Origin: Lama glama
Lineage: Eukaryota
Length of the DNA: 64,000 nucleotides
Assembly (NCBI GenBank): GCA_028534125.1
Contig: CM052816.1
Span: forward strand, 48,610,001-48,674,000
Direction: 5' to 3'
Positions 36,540 to 49,904 of the stretch are shown piece after piece (positions within the stretch are counted from its first letter, which is position 1; the number at the start of each line of letters is the position of its first letter). The notes under the pieces were generated by a model. The model was given only the letters and a program-made list of their open reading frames with translations, did not search any database and was not told the origin of the DNA. Position numbers and translations under genes: made by a program.

Positions 36540-36810
36540 ATGCGTGAAACTGCATCCTTGCTGGATGAAGTAACAGCAGTCATATAGGACAGGTAGGAAG
36601 CCTCGAGTGTGGAAACAAAACACTAAGGACTATGATCAAAAAAGAAAGGGAGAACCTAAATTCGAGATTAGAATGGAGCTGTTATGCCAGTTCTCAATAG
36701 CTTGTCTCCAGACTTCTTTCATATAAGAGAAACATACAACTCTATCTAATTTAGGCCTGCAATTTTTGTGTTCTGGTATATGTTGCTAAATCAAACCCTA
36801 ATGGATACTG
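36540..36810. mobile_element. MaLR (MLT1-like) LTR relic
   Basis: CTCCAGACTTCTTTCATATAAGAGAAA...AAACCCTAATGGATAC resembles old MLT1 ends. Confidence 0.5.
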
Positions 36811-36934
36811 TTGGTCAAGTTACTGATGATTTGTTATGTCAGTCAAAAAGGTAGAAATTCAGAATTTGTACATTATGTGCATAATGAAAGAAAGTTATAA
36901 AGCAGCCAATATACCTATCAAATGATATGAATTA

Positions 36935-37100
36935 TATCATTTAATCTTCAAAACAAATCCTGTAAATTCTATTATAATCTCCATCTTACAGATGAGAATA
37001 TTATGGCTTAGTGGGGTGACCTGGTACACAGATAATAAAGGGCAGAGCTGGATTTTAATCCTAGATATTCTGACTTCAAAACTATTTCCCTTAATGTCAA
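36935..37100 (-). mobile_element. MIR SINE
   Basis: CATTTAATCTTCAAAACAAATCC...CCATCTTACAGATGAG...GGCAGAGCTGGATTTTAATCCTAG. Confidence 0.8.
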
Positions 37101-38599
37101 GTGACTTTAATTTGGGGCCTTATAACGAAAGATTTGAGGTGAGTGAATGTTAACAATGCCAGACAAAAAAGGCAAGCATTAAAAAAAAAAATTGTGTACA
37201 CTTAAAATATGCCTGCTAGAAATGTCTGTTTAATAGATTTGATGTCCGTGTGTATTATGGTTTAAAACTGAATAGAAAACTTTCATAAATTTTACTTTTG
37301 CTCACTTAAGGATGAATAGTAAGAAGTCTATAGAATCTGTGAAATGAAATGCAGCATCAACTACACTGCTCCTACTACATTCTTATGCAGAACGTAATGC
37401 GTAAGTGATGATAAAAGCTACTCTGAGTGTATGCCCATGACACTCAAATGTTGTGGTTTTATTCAATTAGGTTAATACAAATGACAGTAAGGAATGATGT
37501 ATTTGTAATGGGGTCTGTCTCTGGGAAAGAGGACAACTCCCCTAACCAAACATAAAACTTTGCAAAAACCAAAATATTCTCTGACCTACAAGGAAATTTG
37601 TTTGTATGATATACCTTATTCTATGGACATTTATAGGACTGTTTCGGCACACACAAAGCATGAATTTTTCTGAACACCAACCTGTTAACGTGGAGACAGG
37701 TCTTTCAGGGCCTGAATTTATTTTTCAGGGCTCTGAGAAGGCTACACTTGGCCATGATTATGAACCCACGGCAGGGGTAGATAGCTAACCTGTGTCCGGG
37801 CCTTCACCTCAAGTGTTCTTCCTGAGTGAGTGTTAATAGGGGGAATTAGAAAATCACTTTATTAAATAGGTGGTTGTACTTTGACTTAAGGGCTTCCAGA
37901 GTTAACAAAGACACTGATGACCATGAATTTCTCAAGAATATGTGGATTTTACAAGCTTAGTGATCTTTATTATTACCTCAGAACATTCAAAACTTCCATG
38001 TAATCATTACAATAGTAAATATGAAACAGAGGATGGTAATTAAGATATCCCCTAGCAACCATCAGGCATCAAAACTGTTCATTAATTACTGAGTTTCTTC
38101 TATAGATAATGTTCTAGTCAATGACAGGCCATGAAATCCATGTAAAGTTAATAGTGACTGTTGTTGATCCAGGCTGCACAAATTCTCTCTGCTACTTGGC
38201 AAAGTGACTTAGTAAATAGGTACTATGATTGTGGGTTAAAAATCTATATGCAATATGAATTGTAAAAAGCAAAACTAGGGCATAAAACCCAAGGTGTTTA
38301 TAATAATTCTAACACATGTTTTTATAGCTTATTAGATTCTTACCTACTACATGTGTTTTTAAATATAGTGATACAAAGAAGACATGACTACCACATATGA
38401 TCTTTTACATAATTATAGTGGAAGAAGAGGGATTATTGTATTTCCTCACTAGTTCTTTTATTTAATAAATGTATAGGTGCCTGCTTCAATTATCCATGGG
38501 ATACTTGGGTCTTATTATAAGAATATTTAATATTTAATGGAGGTAACAACCTATGGAAGAGGGTAACCTAAGGAGCGGTACAGCATTTTTCTTTAATAT

Positions 38600-39199
38600 C
38601 TATTATTTATTTATTTTTTTAAATGGAAGTATAGTCAGTTTACAATGTTGTATCAACTTCTGGTGTACAGCATAATGTTTCCATCATATATATACATACA
38701 TATATTCCTTTTCATATTCTTTTTCATTATATAGATTACTATAAGATATTGAATATAGTTCCCTGTGCTATATAGTATAAACTTGTTTATCTATTTTATA
38801 TATAATAGTATCTGCAACTCTCGAACTCTCAGTCTATTTCTTCCCACCCTCTTTCCCCCGTAACTATAGTTTGTTCTCTACATCTATGAGTTTATTACTG
38901 TTTTGTAAATAACTTCATTTGTGTCTTTTTTTTTTTTTTTAAGATTCCACATGTGAGTGATATATCATACGATATCCTTCTTTATCTTTCTGGCTTACTT
39001 CACTTAGAATGATGATCTTCAGGTCCATCCATGTTGCTGCAAATGTCATTATTTTATTCTATCTTATGACTGAGTAGTATTCCATTGTGTTTATGTGTGT
39101 ATATATATATATACCACTACTTCTATCCAGTCATCTGTCAATGGACATTGTTCCATGTCTTGGCTATTATAAATAGTGCTGCTGTTAATATTGGGGTGA
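38600..39199 (-). mobile_element. Lineage-type L1 3' end (about 600 bp), 5'-truncated
   Basis: (TTTA)n tail, 3' UTR as at 25535, then CTTACTTCACTTAGAATGA and GGTCCATCCATGTTGCTGCAAATG. Possible TSD GTACA(G/A)CATTT at 38578 and 39206. Confidence 0.92.
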
Positions 39200-40639
39200 A
39201 TAATAGTACAACATTTAATGCAGTCTTAACAAAAATGATTACAAGGCAGTGTGTGATCACGGAATGAGTATCAGATAATTACATGTTTAGAATTATGGCA
39301 ATTAGAGTTTACTTTTGGTTGCAGTGCTAGGATCAGGCTGGTGTTTTATGTGGGAACTAAATAGGGTTCTTACAACTTGCTAAAGGAAATATGTTAAACA
39401 TAACTATAAATTAAAAAGCTGAAGATTAGAAGGAACATTCAGACATGGTTAAAACTAAGAAACTGAGCTCCTCCCATCAAAACAATAATAGAACAAGAGA
39501 TTAGTACATAAGGAAAAAAATCACGAATACATGCCATATTGAAAATAAAATTCCCATCTAAATGTTAGAATCTTTACGAAACCTGACTTTTATGTGGTTT
39601 AAGTGTGATAATATTGAAAACAGAAGACATTTTCTCACTCGTTTTAGTCCCCAGGGAAAAAGAAAACAAATAATTTGTAATATAGATCCTGTCCCAGAGA
39701 CTGACAAGGGCTGAAAACAATAGAAATGGAAACAGTTTCAGTTTAAGAGCAAAGTAGAAGTCTCTGATGTGTATTTGAAAAGAGAGGCTATATTTTTGGT
39801 AAAATAGAGTAAGTGAAATATTCAGAGGACTCTCCCGATTACATCCCATTTAAGAATGCTAGAAAAAAAATTTACAGGATAAATTTTAATGTATGGTTGC
39901 CCCAGGTAAGAGGGGAAGCACACATATTCCTTGAGATAAAAAACTTCAAAGGAGTAATATACATAATTATACACACACATGTATATTCTGATGAGAAGGA
40001 TAAAATCTCTAGGTAAGAGAGCACATCTTTATTTACTCATAGGGTATCTTAGCAGTGCCAATTCCTCACACTCCATTTCCCCAAAGGATGACACAGTGAA
40101 GGCTTAATGTACCCACATGAGCAGTCAGGTTTGCTCCGCAGGAGAGAAACTCCAAAATCTTGACACTCCGAGTTTCTATAGCATGACAGGTACATCTGCT
40201 GCCTCCTCCCCTCTGGAGAGAGATCTTTATTTTCTAATGTAGGCCAATTCTCTCTGCTATTGATGAGTATCTGTTTGTGGCATCTCATTCTGTTTTCTAA
40301 ATGAGCACACTTGTTGTGGTCAACTTCTTCCTCTTCATCCTCGTGTGTTAGATATGTGACAGACAGGTAACTTGTCTTTCACTTTGTAGCTTTCTGGAAC
40401 AAAAGGAGTCTCATTTGGACCTGATTGTTAGTCATTAAGTCAATGAACTTTGGGCTTGCTATCATGACTGAGTAAAAATTTTGGCGTCTTGTTATGTTAC
40501 TAAGTGTATTTTGTATGCATGAAGTACACGTATATTTATCTATAAGAGGATGGAGTGCAATATTTTTGATTATTGTTTAACAACTTCTTTCTTCTTATTT
40601 CATATAATTATATAAGGGAAATACTGCTTTTTTCTAATT

Positions 40640-40962
40640 AGATTAGACTTGACATGTCACTTACTCTGGCCAATAGGAGTTTATTGTGAATTGAGCTTGC
40701 AACATGTTTGCACAGTTAGACATGGCCTTTGGACGTCTGCTATTGCCAAAAAAAGAACATATTGCAGCAGCCCACTGGTTTTAAAAGAATGAGAGACATG
40801 TGGAGCAGCTTGAAACATATCCTACACCTAGGAATCAAGTTAAACTGAGTGCAACCTAGGATATCCAAATACTACATGACTGAGGCTTGAGCAAAAACTG
40901 GTTATGGGTCCTATGTCACTGACTTTTCCTATGCAGCTTTATGTCACTGAAGCTGATTGACA
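40640..40962. mobile_element. MaLR (MLT1-like) LTR relic
   Basis: CATGTCACTTACTCTGGCCAATAG, GAATGAGAGACATGTGGAGCAG, ends GCTGATTGACA. Confidence 0.6.
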
Positions 40963-40979
40963 GAATTACTGTCTATCAT

Positions 40980-41420
40980 AATATAGTATGCAGGGCCCTA
41001 GGCCCTGAATTATAACATTCTCCAGAGTACCACATTATATTATGACATAATATTAATCATACCCAATGAATATCATATAATGATATAAGCTTATCAGACA
41101 ATGAGAGAGAAATGTGTAAATATTCAGAAACCAGCCACACTGGTAAAATTGCTAAGGGTCCAATGATCTGGAACACATCAGGATATTCATTCCAAAGGAA
41201 AGGACACATTATTATACTTTGCAAAATTTACCACTAAGAAAAAAGTAGATTATTTACAGGTCTTTTTCAGATTTTGGAAGGAGAGCGTACAACAATTAAA
41301 AATAATGCTATACCTATTTATCAGCTTATTAAAGGGTATCAATTTTAAGAATGACACAGGCAAATAAGGTTTCTGAAGCTATATGTGATAGAGTGGAGCT
41401 GGAATATCATTCAAAACACA
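40980..41420 (+). mobile_element. ERVL pol (RT) remnant
   Basis: CATTATATTATGACATAATATTA is HYIDDI-like with a 1-nt loss. CCACTAAGAAAAAAG...GGTCTTTTTCAGATTTTGGA resembles TTKKEA..GLFGFW. Confidence 0.65.
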
Positions 41421-41473
41421 TTATTTTTGTTCGATATAGGCCACTTTGATGTTTTTATTTGGTATCCATGCAC

Positions 41474-41793
41474 TTCTTTTAATTGAAGTGTAGTTAGTTT
41501 ACAACGTTGTGTCAATTTCAGATATACAGTATAATGTTTCAGTCATACATATACATATATTTATTCCTTTTCGTATTCTTTTTCATTATAGGTTACTGCA
41601 AGATATTGAATATAGTTGCCTGTGCTATATAGTAGAAGCTTGTTTATCTATTTTATATATAGTAGTTAGTATCTGAAAATCTCAAACTCCCATTTATCTC
41701 CTCCCACCCCCTTCCCCACTGGTCACCATAAGTTTGTTTTCTATGTCTGTGAGTCTGTTTCTGCTTTATAAATATCTTCATTTATATCTTTTT
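41474..41793 (-). mobile_element. Lineage-type L1 3' end (antisense arm)
   Basis: TTTTTAATTGAAGTGTAG...GTTTTCTATGTCTGTGAGTCTGTTTC. Confidence 0.92.
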
Positions 41794-42137
41794 TAAAAAC
41801 TCTAATTCAAAAAGATGCATGCACCCCAATGCTCACAGCAGCACTGTTTACAATAGTCAAGACATGGAAACAACCTAAATGTCCTTCAACAGATGACTGG
41901 ATAAAGAAGCTGTGGTATATTTATACAATGGAATACTACTCAGCTATAAAAAAGAATAAAATAATGCCATTTGCAGCAACATGCTTGGACCTGGAGATGG
42001 TCATTCTAAGTGAAGTAAGCCAGAAAGAGAAAGAAAAATATGACATGATATCACTCATGTGTAATCAAAAAAAAAAACCAAATAAAGACACAAATGAATG
42101 TATTCACAAAACAGAGACAGACTCACATAGAAAACCT
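41794..42137 (+). mobile_element. L1 ORF2 C-terminus and start of 3' UTR (sense arm)
   Basis: ORF 41829-42149 AALFTIVKTWKQPKCPSTDDWIKKLWYIYTMEYYSAIKKN is the ORF2p C-terminus. Confidence 0.95.
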
Positions 42138-42389
42138 ATGTACATGTAAATAAAATTTAATTAATTGATAATGTTTAAAGGAAACAAGAGATTTTACATA
42201 AAAATGTAGAGTACCAGTTTACCTTCCAAAATCTGGCATAATGGTAATTATTGCCCTGGGGGAATACTGGTCCTATTTTCTCAAATGGCTACAATAAGGT
42301 GGGCCTGAGTAGTGATAAGCCCTCTAACACAAGGCACACACCATAGTTTCTTACAGTCCGTGTATATCCCATCTCATTGATTTTATCTC

Positions 42390-42840
42390 ATACTAACTAA
42401 ATTGGGTTCTTCCTTAAATTAGATACTGAGAACAGTATTGATGCAAGAAGTATACCGGAAAGTTGGGTTAACATCAGTGGGAAGTGATATACAGAAGGAA
42501 AAGAAGGTAATGAAGTTCACAGTTTAAAACAGCTACCATAGTAGATGACTAGAGAATAATTCTGCTAGTAAAATTTGGGAATAGGTTCATAACATACACA
42601 TCAGAAATATCCTATCTAAGATATGGGACTGCTAGTGTAATTACACACCAACTGCAGAGATTCACTGGTTGAGAAATGTTCCTAGGGGAGTGTTCATTCT
42701 TTGTCATGTTGCACTTGTTACATATACTCAAAGGGACAGCATGGATTTCCCTGATAAAGGGAGAAAATCTCATGTATAGAGATGTGGGCTAGTACCAGGA
42801 AAGGTGTGACAGATACAGATGGGTGATATACTGACAGGGT
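42390..42840. mobile_element. ERVL LTR (LTR16-like) relic
   Basis: TTGGGTTCTTCC...AGATACTGAGA...GTGGGAAGTGATATACAGAAGGAAAAGAAGG. Confidence 0.55.
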
Positions 42841-45537
42841 CATACTTTCCTACTGAATATCAACTGAAACCCACTTCAGGGCCACCTTGGAAGCTGATTT
42901 ACTTAGATGCTTAAGCTTGATTCAAAGGGAAACTCCTAGAGAAGTATCAAATAGTATTTCCCTTCCCTCTGGTACCATGAAAAGCATAATGCTTTTGTTG
43001 TTGTTAGCTCTTAGAGAATGATCTATGTGGCTATAGCCACATAGGTTGTGTTTAGGAAAAATATATCATGTACAGTATCTCAGGTGATATGTCAAAGCTC
43101 TGTTTATGTAAATTATATGATTGCTTCTTTGGCTTATATTAATGAGACATATCTTTGACGTAAATATGTTTAACTCAGATTATTTATATTCACACAAAAA
43201 TTTTATGAAACTAAAAGAAAAAAGAAAAGCCAATCTGGCATAATATAACCTTGAAAAAACAGTTGGTAAAAGGCAATCATTGAGAAATGTATACTTTGAT
43301 GCAGTCATAATGTCTTTCTTTAGATCAAACAGGCACACAGCAGCAAATAAAAGATGTGAGTCTATTTTGTACTGTGCCTATATTGGACCCTAAAGTACAA
43401 TTTCACATAATGGCCACCTGAGTTACATCTCTGGACACTCACAACTAGACATTACACTACTCACATCCATATCTTTTCCAAGGCTTGTTTTGGAAAGACA
43501 TTTGAGTCAAATGATCCTTAAAATTCATAGTCCATTTACTTTCACTGGCTGGTGTAGATTTTATTCTGACTTCAATAAAAAGTGTAGCTGGACTAATTAA
43601 TATTGTTTAACCATATTTAAAATATATTATTGTGCTGTCTAGTTCACAGTAACAAATTACTCTTTTTTTTTTTAATGTAAAGGTAAAAGAAGTGGCCTGG
43701 GATGGAGGGGAGAAAAACAAAACAAAAGCACAAGAAAAAATCTATGATAGGCACTTTATAGGTGTTCTAAAAACAATTAGTGGGATCGCAATTTTCTATT
43801 TAACTATGAAATAGAAGTATTATTAAGAATTTTCCATTTATTCTTACTGGTACAGAAGCCCTGACAATAGCTGTGGCATCCATAATGTCATCTGACTAAT
43901 ATGGTACTAGAGAGAGAACATCTTACTTGGAAAATAGTTTACATTTTATTGGTTTGAACACATATACCAACTTCATGGTAGTAAGAAATACTCTACCTCA
44001 AACCTAATTCTGAGGACTAGTTTTCCACAAAATGTACCAACTATAACTTCCACTACACATAGCAACAATATTTCCTATTTTCTCCCAGGTTTTGCTAATG
44101 TCCAGTATTATACATCCCTTTACACAGCAGTAGTGAGTGATATGTAGAGAGGAATTAAGAGTGAACTTATAATATTTATCATCAGTGATCTCAGCTAAAA
44201 ATATTCTCTTCTTTGTTTAGTTGGCATGATCAGTAATACTTGTCAAACAGGAATTGACAACTTCCAGCTGGATTAGGGAAATTCTGGTATATTAGACTGG
44301 AAATTTAGCTCACATCTGATATTTAACCTCTTATAGCAATACTTATTAAGGTTAAGATGGATGAGAAGATTAAATAGATAGAGCCTATAACAAACAATGA
44401 ATGATAAAGATGTCTGATTATTATAATGGATTAATAATTATACCACTAAATGTTTAAACCATTTTAAAAAGGCTTGACTCACCTATTGAACTATTTTTCA
44501 TAATGAGATACTCAGAACAATCCAGTTTACTACACATTTTAAAAATACCTTCACAATGAATGTTATGCATCTTTATAAAAGCTACATTTGACAGTGTTTA
44601 AGACATAAAATCCAATTAAGTATTCTGAAATACGGAAACTTCCTCATTGGGAAGGACTCTCTCTTTTCCCTCTTTCTTTCTGTCACTCTAGCATCCCTGT
44701 CTCTATCATCACTCTCTCTTTTTGTTTCTATGTGGGAATAAATCTGGAAACAGCCAGATTATGGTCAACTTGAATGCATCATTTGGGGGAAAATATTAAA
44801 TATCACAAATTTTCAGGTTTTAAGAACATATATTTACTGAATGGAGCATACTTAAGTTTCAAAGGGAGTTTCAAGAAGCATCAGCTAATCTATGGTGGTT
44901 ATTTTGAGACATATGACACATTTTTACTCGACTACTTTTTGTGTTTGAATTGAGGCCATCATAAACAGATGGGGTTGGAGTAAAACCACGTTTTCTCAAT
45001 CTGTTGACAACTCCTTTCATTAAAGAGATGTAGGTTTCACCTTGATGGTCAAAATGTGCCAGTTGATTTCCATAATCAAGAGGTTTCTATTTTTTGTTTT
45101 GATTTTGTTGTTGTTGTTTGCTTGTTTGTTTTTCTAATTAAGTGGCATAATTCCAACAAATTGGTGTCTTACTTGTTTGGTTTATAAAAAATTGGGACAT
45201 GTGCAAGAAATTGAAAAGTAGAATGTTGCAATGACCTATCATAATATTTTCTAGGAGGTATGTTGGCAGATGTTAGATTGCTGAATTTTGTGTTTTTCAA
45301 GACTTAATCTTTTTAGGCATTCTTGCATCCATATAGAAGTTTCAGCAACATTAATATGGTGTTATTTTCTTATATGATTTTAAGTGGATAATTTTATAAA
45401 ACTTTGTCCTATAAAATTGGTACAGCATTTTAACTTTCTGACACATTGTGTTTAAGACCCAGAACAGAATCTAATAAGGTGACAATTATTTAGGAACTCA
45501 TTATGCCAGTATGAAGAATGTTCTCCAGAAAACAGTT

Positions 45538-45574
45538 AAAAAAAAAGAAAGAAAGAAAGAAAGAAAAGAAAAAA
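45538..45574. repeat. (GAAA)n microsatellite
   Basis: A-run followed by GAAA repeats. Confidence 0.9.
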
Positions 45575-46199
45575 TCATTGTTTTAGGAATAGAATGAATA
45601 TTATTACTCTTAATATATTACTCTCAAGAACAAAAACATATATGTACATTAACTTATATGTAATTTCAGGTCATAGTGATCCTTAGCAATAATATTTTAA
45701 AAATCTGACATTTGGTTTTAAGAAATGAAGAAACATCAAAAAAATATGAGATAACAGTTATTTTTTCCAGTAGTGGAAATTTTGTTTCTTTTCTCTTTGA
45801 GTAATATTGTTAATGGATAGTGATATTATCTTACATACTGTGATATTACTATGTGCATGGATTACTTTAAAATAATTATTTATAAATTATTAAAAATAAA
45901 TAAGATCCAGAGATAAGATATGTAAAGTTAGAATACAATAAAGCCAAGAATAGAATGTTGACACATTTTAATTCATTATATATATAAGACAAAGTGGAAG
46001 AAGAGTAGTGATCAGAAGAGACCCAAACAAGGGATTTGAGAGGGGTGAGTAGATTAAAGAAAGAAATGTACCCAATAGTTAAGAAAGAATATAGAAATTG
46101 ATAGAGTTAGAAGGAATAAAGGAGATATGATAGCTCAGGGCCCTTTTTAGCAGAAAATAAGACCTCAAGAAATGTAGGCATGAAGTCATATGAAGAACA

Positions 46200-46390
46200 T
46201 ATGGGCTTACAAGTTAGACTCCAGTTCATATCATGGATCTGACATTTATTACGTTGTGACCTTGGATAGTTAATGAATCTCAGTGTCTCATCTATAACAT
46301 TGAAATAGTTCTTATTTCAAAAGAAACTGTAAAAATTCACAGCAGTTGTAAAGCATTCTGTGTATCATATATGCTCCATGAATTTCTTTA
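46200..46390 (+). mobile_element. MIR SINE relic
   Basis: TGTGACCTTGGATAGTTAATGAATCTCAGTGTCTCATCTATAAC. Confidence 0.7.
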
Positions 46391-47905
46391 GGTGACTCTC
46401 TTAGGTCACATAGCTGACTGGTAGTAAACAAGGAAATTGAGTCTCCTGTTGTCCAGTCTAGTTGTTGTCTCCTTTTATTTCAGTATCTAATGTGTTCAAT
46501 TCCCACAAGCCTTTAAGAAAAATTTTACATCACAAACTTAGTTCCTTTTTTATATATCTTTCAAAATAATATTAATTGATTATAGGAAAAATCAGATATT
46601 ATTTAATAATTTTATAGATATTATTTAATAATTTTTTCTATACACATATAAACATGTAGTGACTATTATAACTAAAATCTGTGTTTTATTAGATATTGTG
46701 TATTCTATCATAAGGATCTTACCTCTGTATATCCCTTATAAACACTTGCTACTATTTAATCTTATCCTTTTGCCTTCAATATGCAGTAAGGCCGAGTTTT
46801 ATAATTATATAGTTTCTAATTGAGAGTTTAAATGTTCATGTACATGTTCTTATTCCAAGATTGCTGAAAAAATGTAGTAACTCTGCTTACTGTGGTCTAT
46901 TTCTATTTCTCATTTAAATAGCATACCTGCAGCTTCTTCAAAGAAGCAAACTTATTTGTAAATCATTTTTATAAAACCCAGTCATGGCAACCTCAAAATA
47001 TGCATAGAAATTGTATGTCTTTCCGAACATCTGATAATAATTAGGATTGACATTGGTTTTATTCCTTCTATTTATTTTGCTCTTTTTTGGATTCTCATTT
47101 AAAAGAGAAAACACAAAGCTCTTGGCAAATATCTTTTTCTGTCATTTCTTTCCTAGTGAATTTTTTTTTTCATTATCCTAGTTTCTTCTTAAAAATGAAA
47201 TTTGTGCTATGTGGCTTCTAGGAAGTTCATATTGTTTTTCTGTGTAGAAACAGAATGCAATTTTGGCATAGTCAGGTTATAGTTGGTGTATATATCATGG
47301 GAACTGCCCACTATAGAGCTTTTTAAAGTTGGTATTTGCATTTAAGTGTTCCATGGACCTGTTATTTCAAATCTTCGCTGACTTGAAAAAAGATCACAAC
47401 TACGCAATTTGCAAAAAAATATGGATCTTATTTTTGTGGTGGTATTTTTGGTTTGTTTTCTCTGGAATAATCATGGCCTTTAGTCAGGCAACAGTAAGAT
47501 AACAGCTTCATGTTATGTTTTTATTGAATGGCGAGAGAAGAATTTCTTGTTTAGCTTTGAGGAACACCAGACATAACACACTATCCCTGACAACTGACCA
47601 GACGAAGGGGGTCAAGGATAGAGAACTGGCCTAGACTAAACCAAATTCTTGGTTTTGGTTCTGTGGTGGATGCTTTTGATGTTGTTTCTTCTAGATTGCT
47701 TTTTATTTGCTATTGTTTTGGTCTAGACAAAAGGCCAAATCAAATGAGAGAAGAAACATTCTAGGAGCTAGTTCTTTGAAAGGCTAATGAATGAGTGTTC
47801 TGAAAGTTTCAAGGACTGAAGAGTAATTATTTTTCTCAAAACAGCCATGTACAACTGCAGAGGTTGTGTACTATACAATGCTGAAGGAGTCATGCACATA
47901 TAGAC

Positions 47906-48116
47906 CAGCAGTCAGTAAAATTTTTCTGTAACAAGACAGATGGTAAACATGTTAGGCTTAGTGAGCCACATAAAATCTCTGTTACATATTCTTCTTTACT
48001 TTTTAAAATAACCTTTATAAATAAAATAAATAAATAAAACATTCTTATCTCATAGCCATAGACAAATGGTCCACAGGCCAGATTTGCCCTGTTGGCTGTT
48101 GTTTAATGCCTTCTGG
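47906..48116. mobile_element. MER58-type hAT-Charlie MITE
   Basis: TTTTTCTGTAACAAGACAGATGGTAAACATGTTAGGCTT...GGCCAGATTTGCCCTGTTGGCTGT. Confidence 0.75.
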
Positions 48117-48204
48117 CATAGTCTATACATTGAAAAACTGTACAGGTCTTATACTTTTGAGGTTTGAATCATTGTTCACTGGAGAGTAGACAAGAGAAAT
48201 ATCT

Positions 48205-48430
48205 TTATTTACTTAAAACAATTGCATATTGACTAGTATGTGTCACCGTCTATGCTAGATACACTCTTCTAGGTTCAAACAGTGAACAAAATAGTCATAG
48301 CTCTTCCTCTTCGTTGAACTTATGGTCAAGTACAATAAAAAGGGATGTAAAGAATGTTACAAATTTACAGTGCAGGATGGTGCAAAACATTCCTCTGAGA
48401 AAATGATGTTTACATCAAAACTTAATGAGT
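48205..48430 (-). mobile_element. L2 relic
   Basis: CAGTGAACAAAATAG...GAACTTATGGTCAAGT...CTCTGAGAAAATGATGTTT. Confidence 0.55.
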
Positions 48431-49828
48431 AAATTTGGCTTTTTTTTTTTTTGCTTATTTCTTCCCCTCGTTACTCCAATATTTGATTTGACCTTATGTA
48501 TAGTTATAAATTATTAAACCATTTATTAAAATTTTTGACTGAGCATTATTTATATTAACCCCTAAATAATGTTTCTCCATAATCCACAAAAATAAGCTCC
48601 TCAGTTTGCTTTTAAGTTGTCATCAAATGTCCAATTTACAATATAATTTTGGCCTCTTATATTCTGTGCTCAATGTAAGTAAATTTGCTTTCAGTTGCAT
48701 GATAACCATATGGAATTTATGGTCCTCAGTATTCCCCAGTCCTTACGTTGAGTGAGTATGGCACATTCTCACAGGTAGGTCATTATTACAAACACTGTGT
48801 AACTGCAAGTGTGATCTCTGTTTTTCATTCCTACATTTAATCAAATGAAAATTAAAGGTTACATGCTATTGTATGTTATATTAATTAAGCAAAATGCTCT
48901 AGTTACTGAATCTAGTAGGAGACACATATAAACTTGCAATATACTCAGAGTAAAGATAGCAAGAAATAGGTACTCCATAAAGAAAAGTTCATAAAATATT
49001 CTTGTACGTCTTGGACTTGGAATTGGTTGTTGAAGGTAAAATAAAAGTAAATCTTCCCCAGATTCATACTGCCAATGTTGAAAAATTCTTAAGCAGAGAT
49101 TTTGATTTAAAATTGTTTCAGGTTGGCAGTGTCCCCAGGTAGCCCAGAAACAAAAGAAAATCTCTCTGAAAGAAAATCTGTTTTAGATGACACCAACAGC
49201 TGTGACAGGCCTTCATCAATCGTATTGTGCTCCCCAGTTTCTGAGATATCAACATGTGAAAAGCATACCCATAAAAATGATGAACTATGATACATAACCT
49301 GTGGATAATGCAGTGATTCGACTTTGTGTTATAAGAGACTGTTTCCAGAATTTGGATTAGACATCTAGGCAAAGTGATTCTCTCAAAGCACTTTTTGCAA
49401 CCATCTAAAATAATTATGTTGTAATTTCTTGATGGCATGGCTAGGAGAATGATAGTGAAGCTTGGAAAGTGCTCTTTGAGTTTCCCTGCAACCTGGAAGA
49501 AACACATTATCTTCTACTCACATACCCTGGCGAGGAACAAAGGTAGGAGGAGTCAGGAGTCATACTCATCAAGCAATTGCTTCTTGATGGTTCACAGATC
49601 ATTTGTTAAAACTTGTCCTCTTTAAGCTATATGCATTAAGTATGATTTGCATACTGTCTATGTATCAGTGGTCATTTTACGGATCCTCAAAATCACTGTT
49701 GGACTAATTTACTTTGGTTATACAAAACATGATAAAATGATATCTACTTGAAGGAAGTTTAATAATAGAACAAGGAGTTCTAACACAGGGTTATAAAGCA
49801 AATTAACAGTGACCTTACCAATAGAGTA

Positions 49829-49862
49829 AATGATGACGATGATGATGATAATAATGATGATG

Positions 49863-49903
<41 letters not shown>
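49829..49903. repeat. Compound (GAT)n-(AAT)n trinucleotide microsatellite
   Basis: GAT units grading into about 13 AAT units. Confidence 0.95.

Positions 49904-49904
<1 letters not shown>

Noticed and set aside
41829..42149. 106-aa ORF as a gene
   Set aside because: It is the L1 ORF2p C-terminal fragment of a truncated insertion.
46594..46635. Tandem duplication of AGATATTATTTAATAATTTT (similar short doublets at about 9578 and 14995)
   Set aside because: Ordinary slippage duplication in AT-rich DNA. Two units only, not an array or CRISPR.
49107..49625. Overlapping ORFs (129, 62 and 62 aa) as an exon or second viral insert
   Set aside because: No recognisable homology in any frame I translated and no convincing splice pair.
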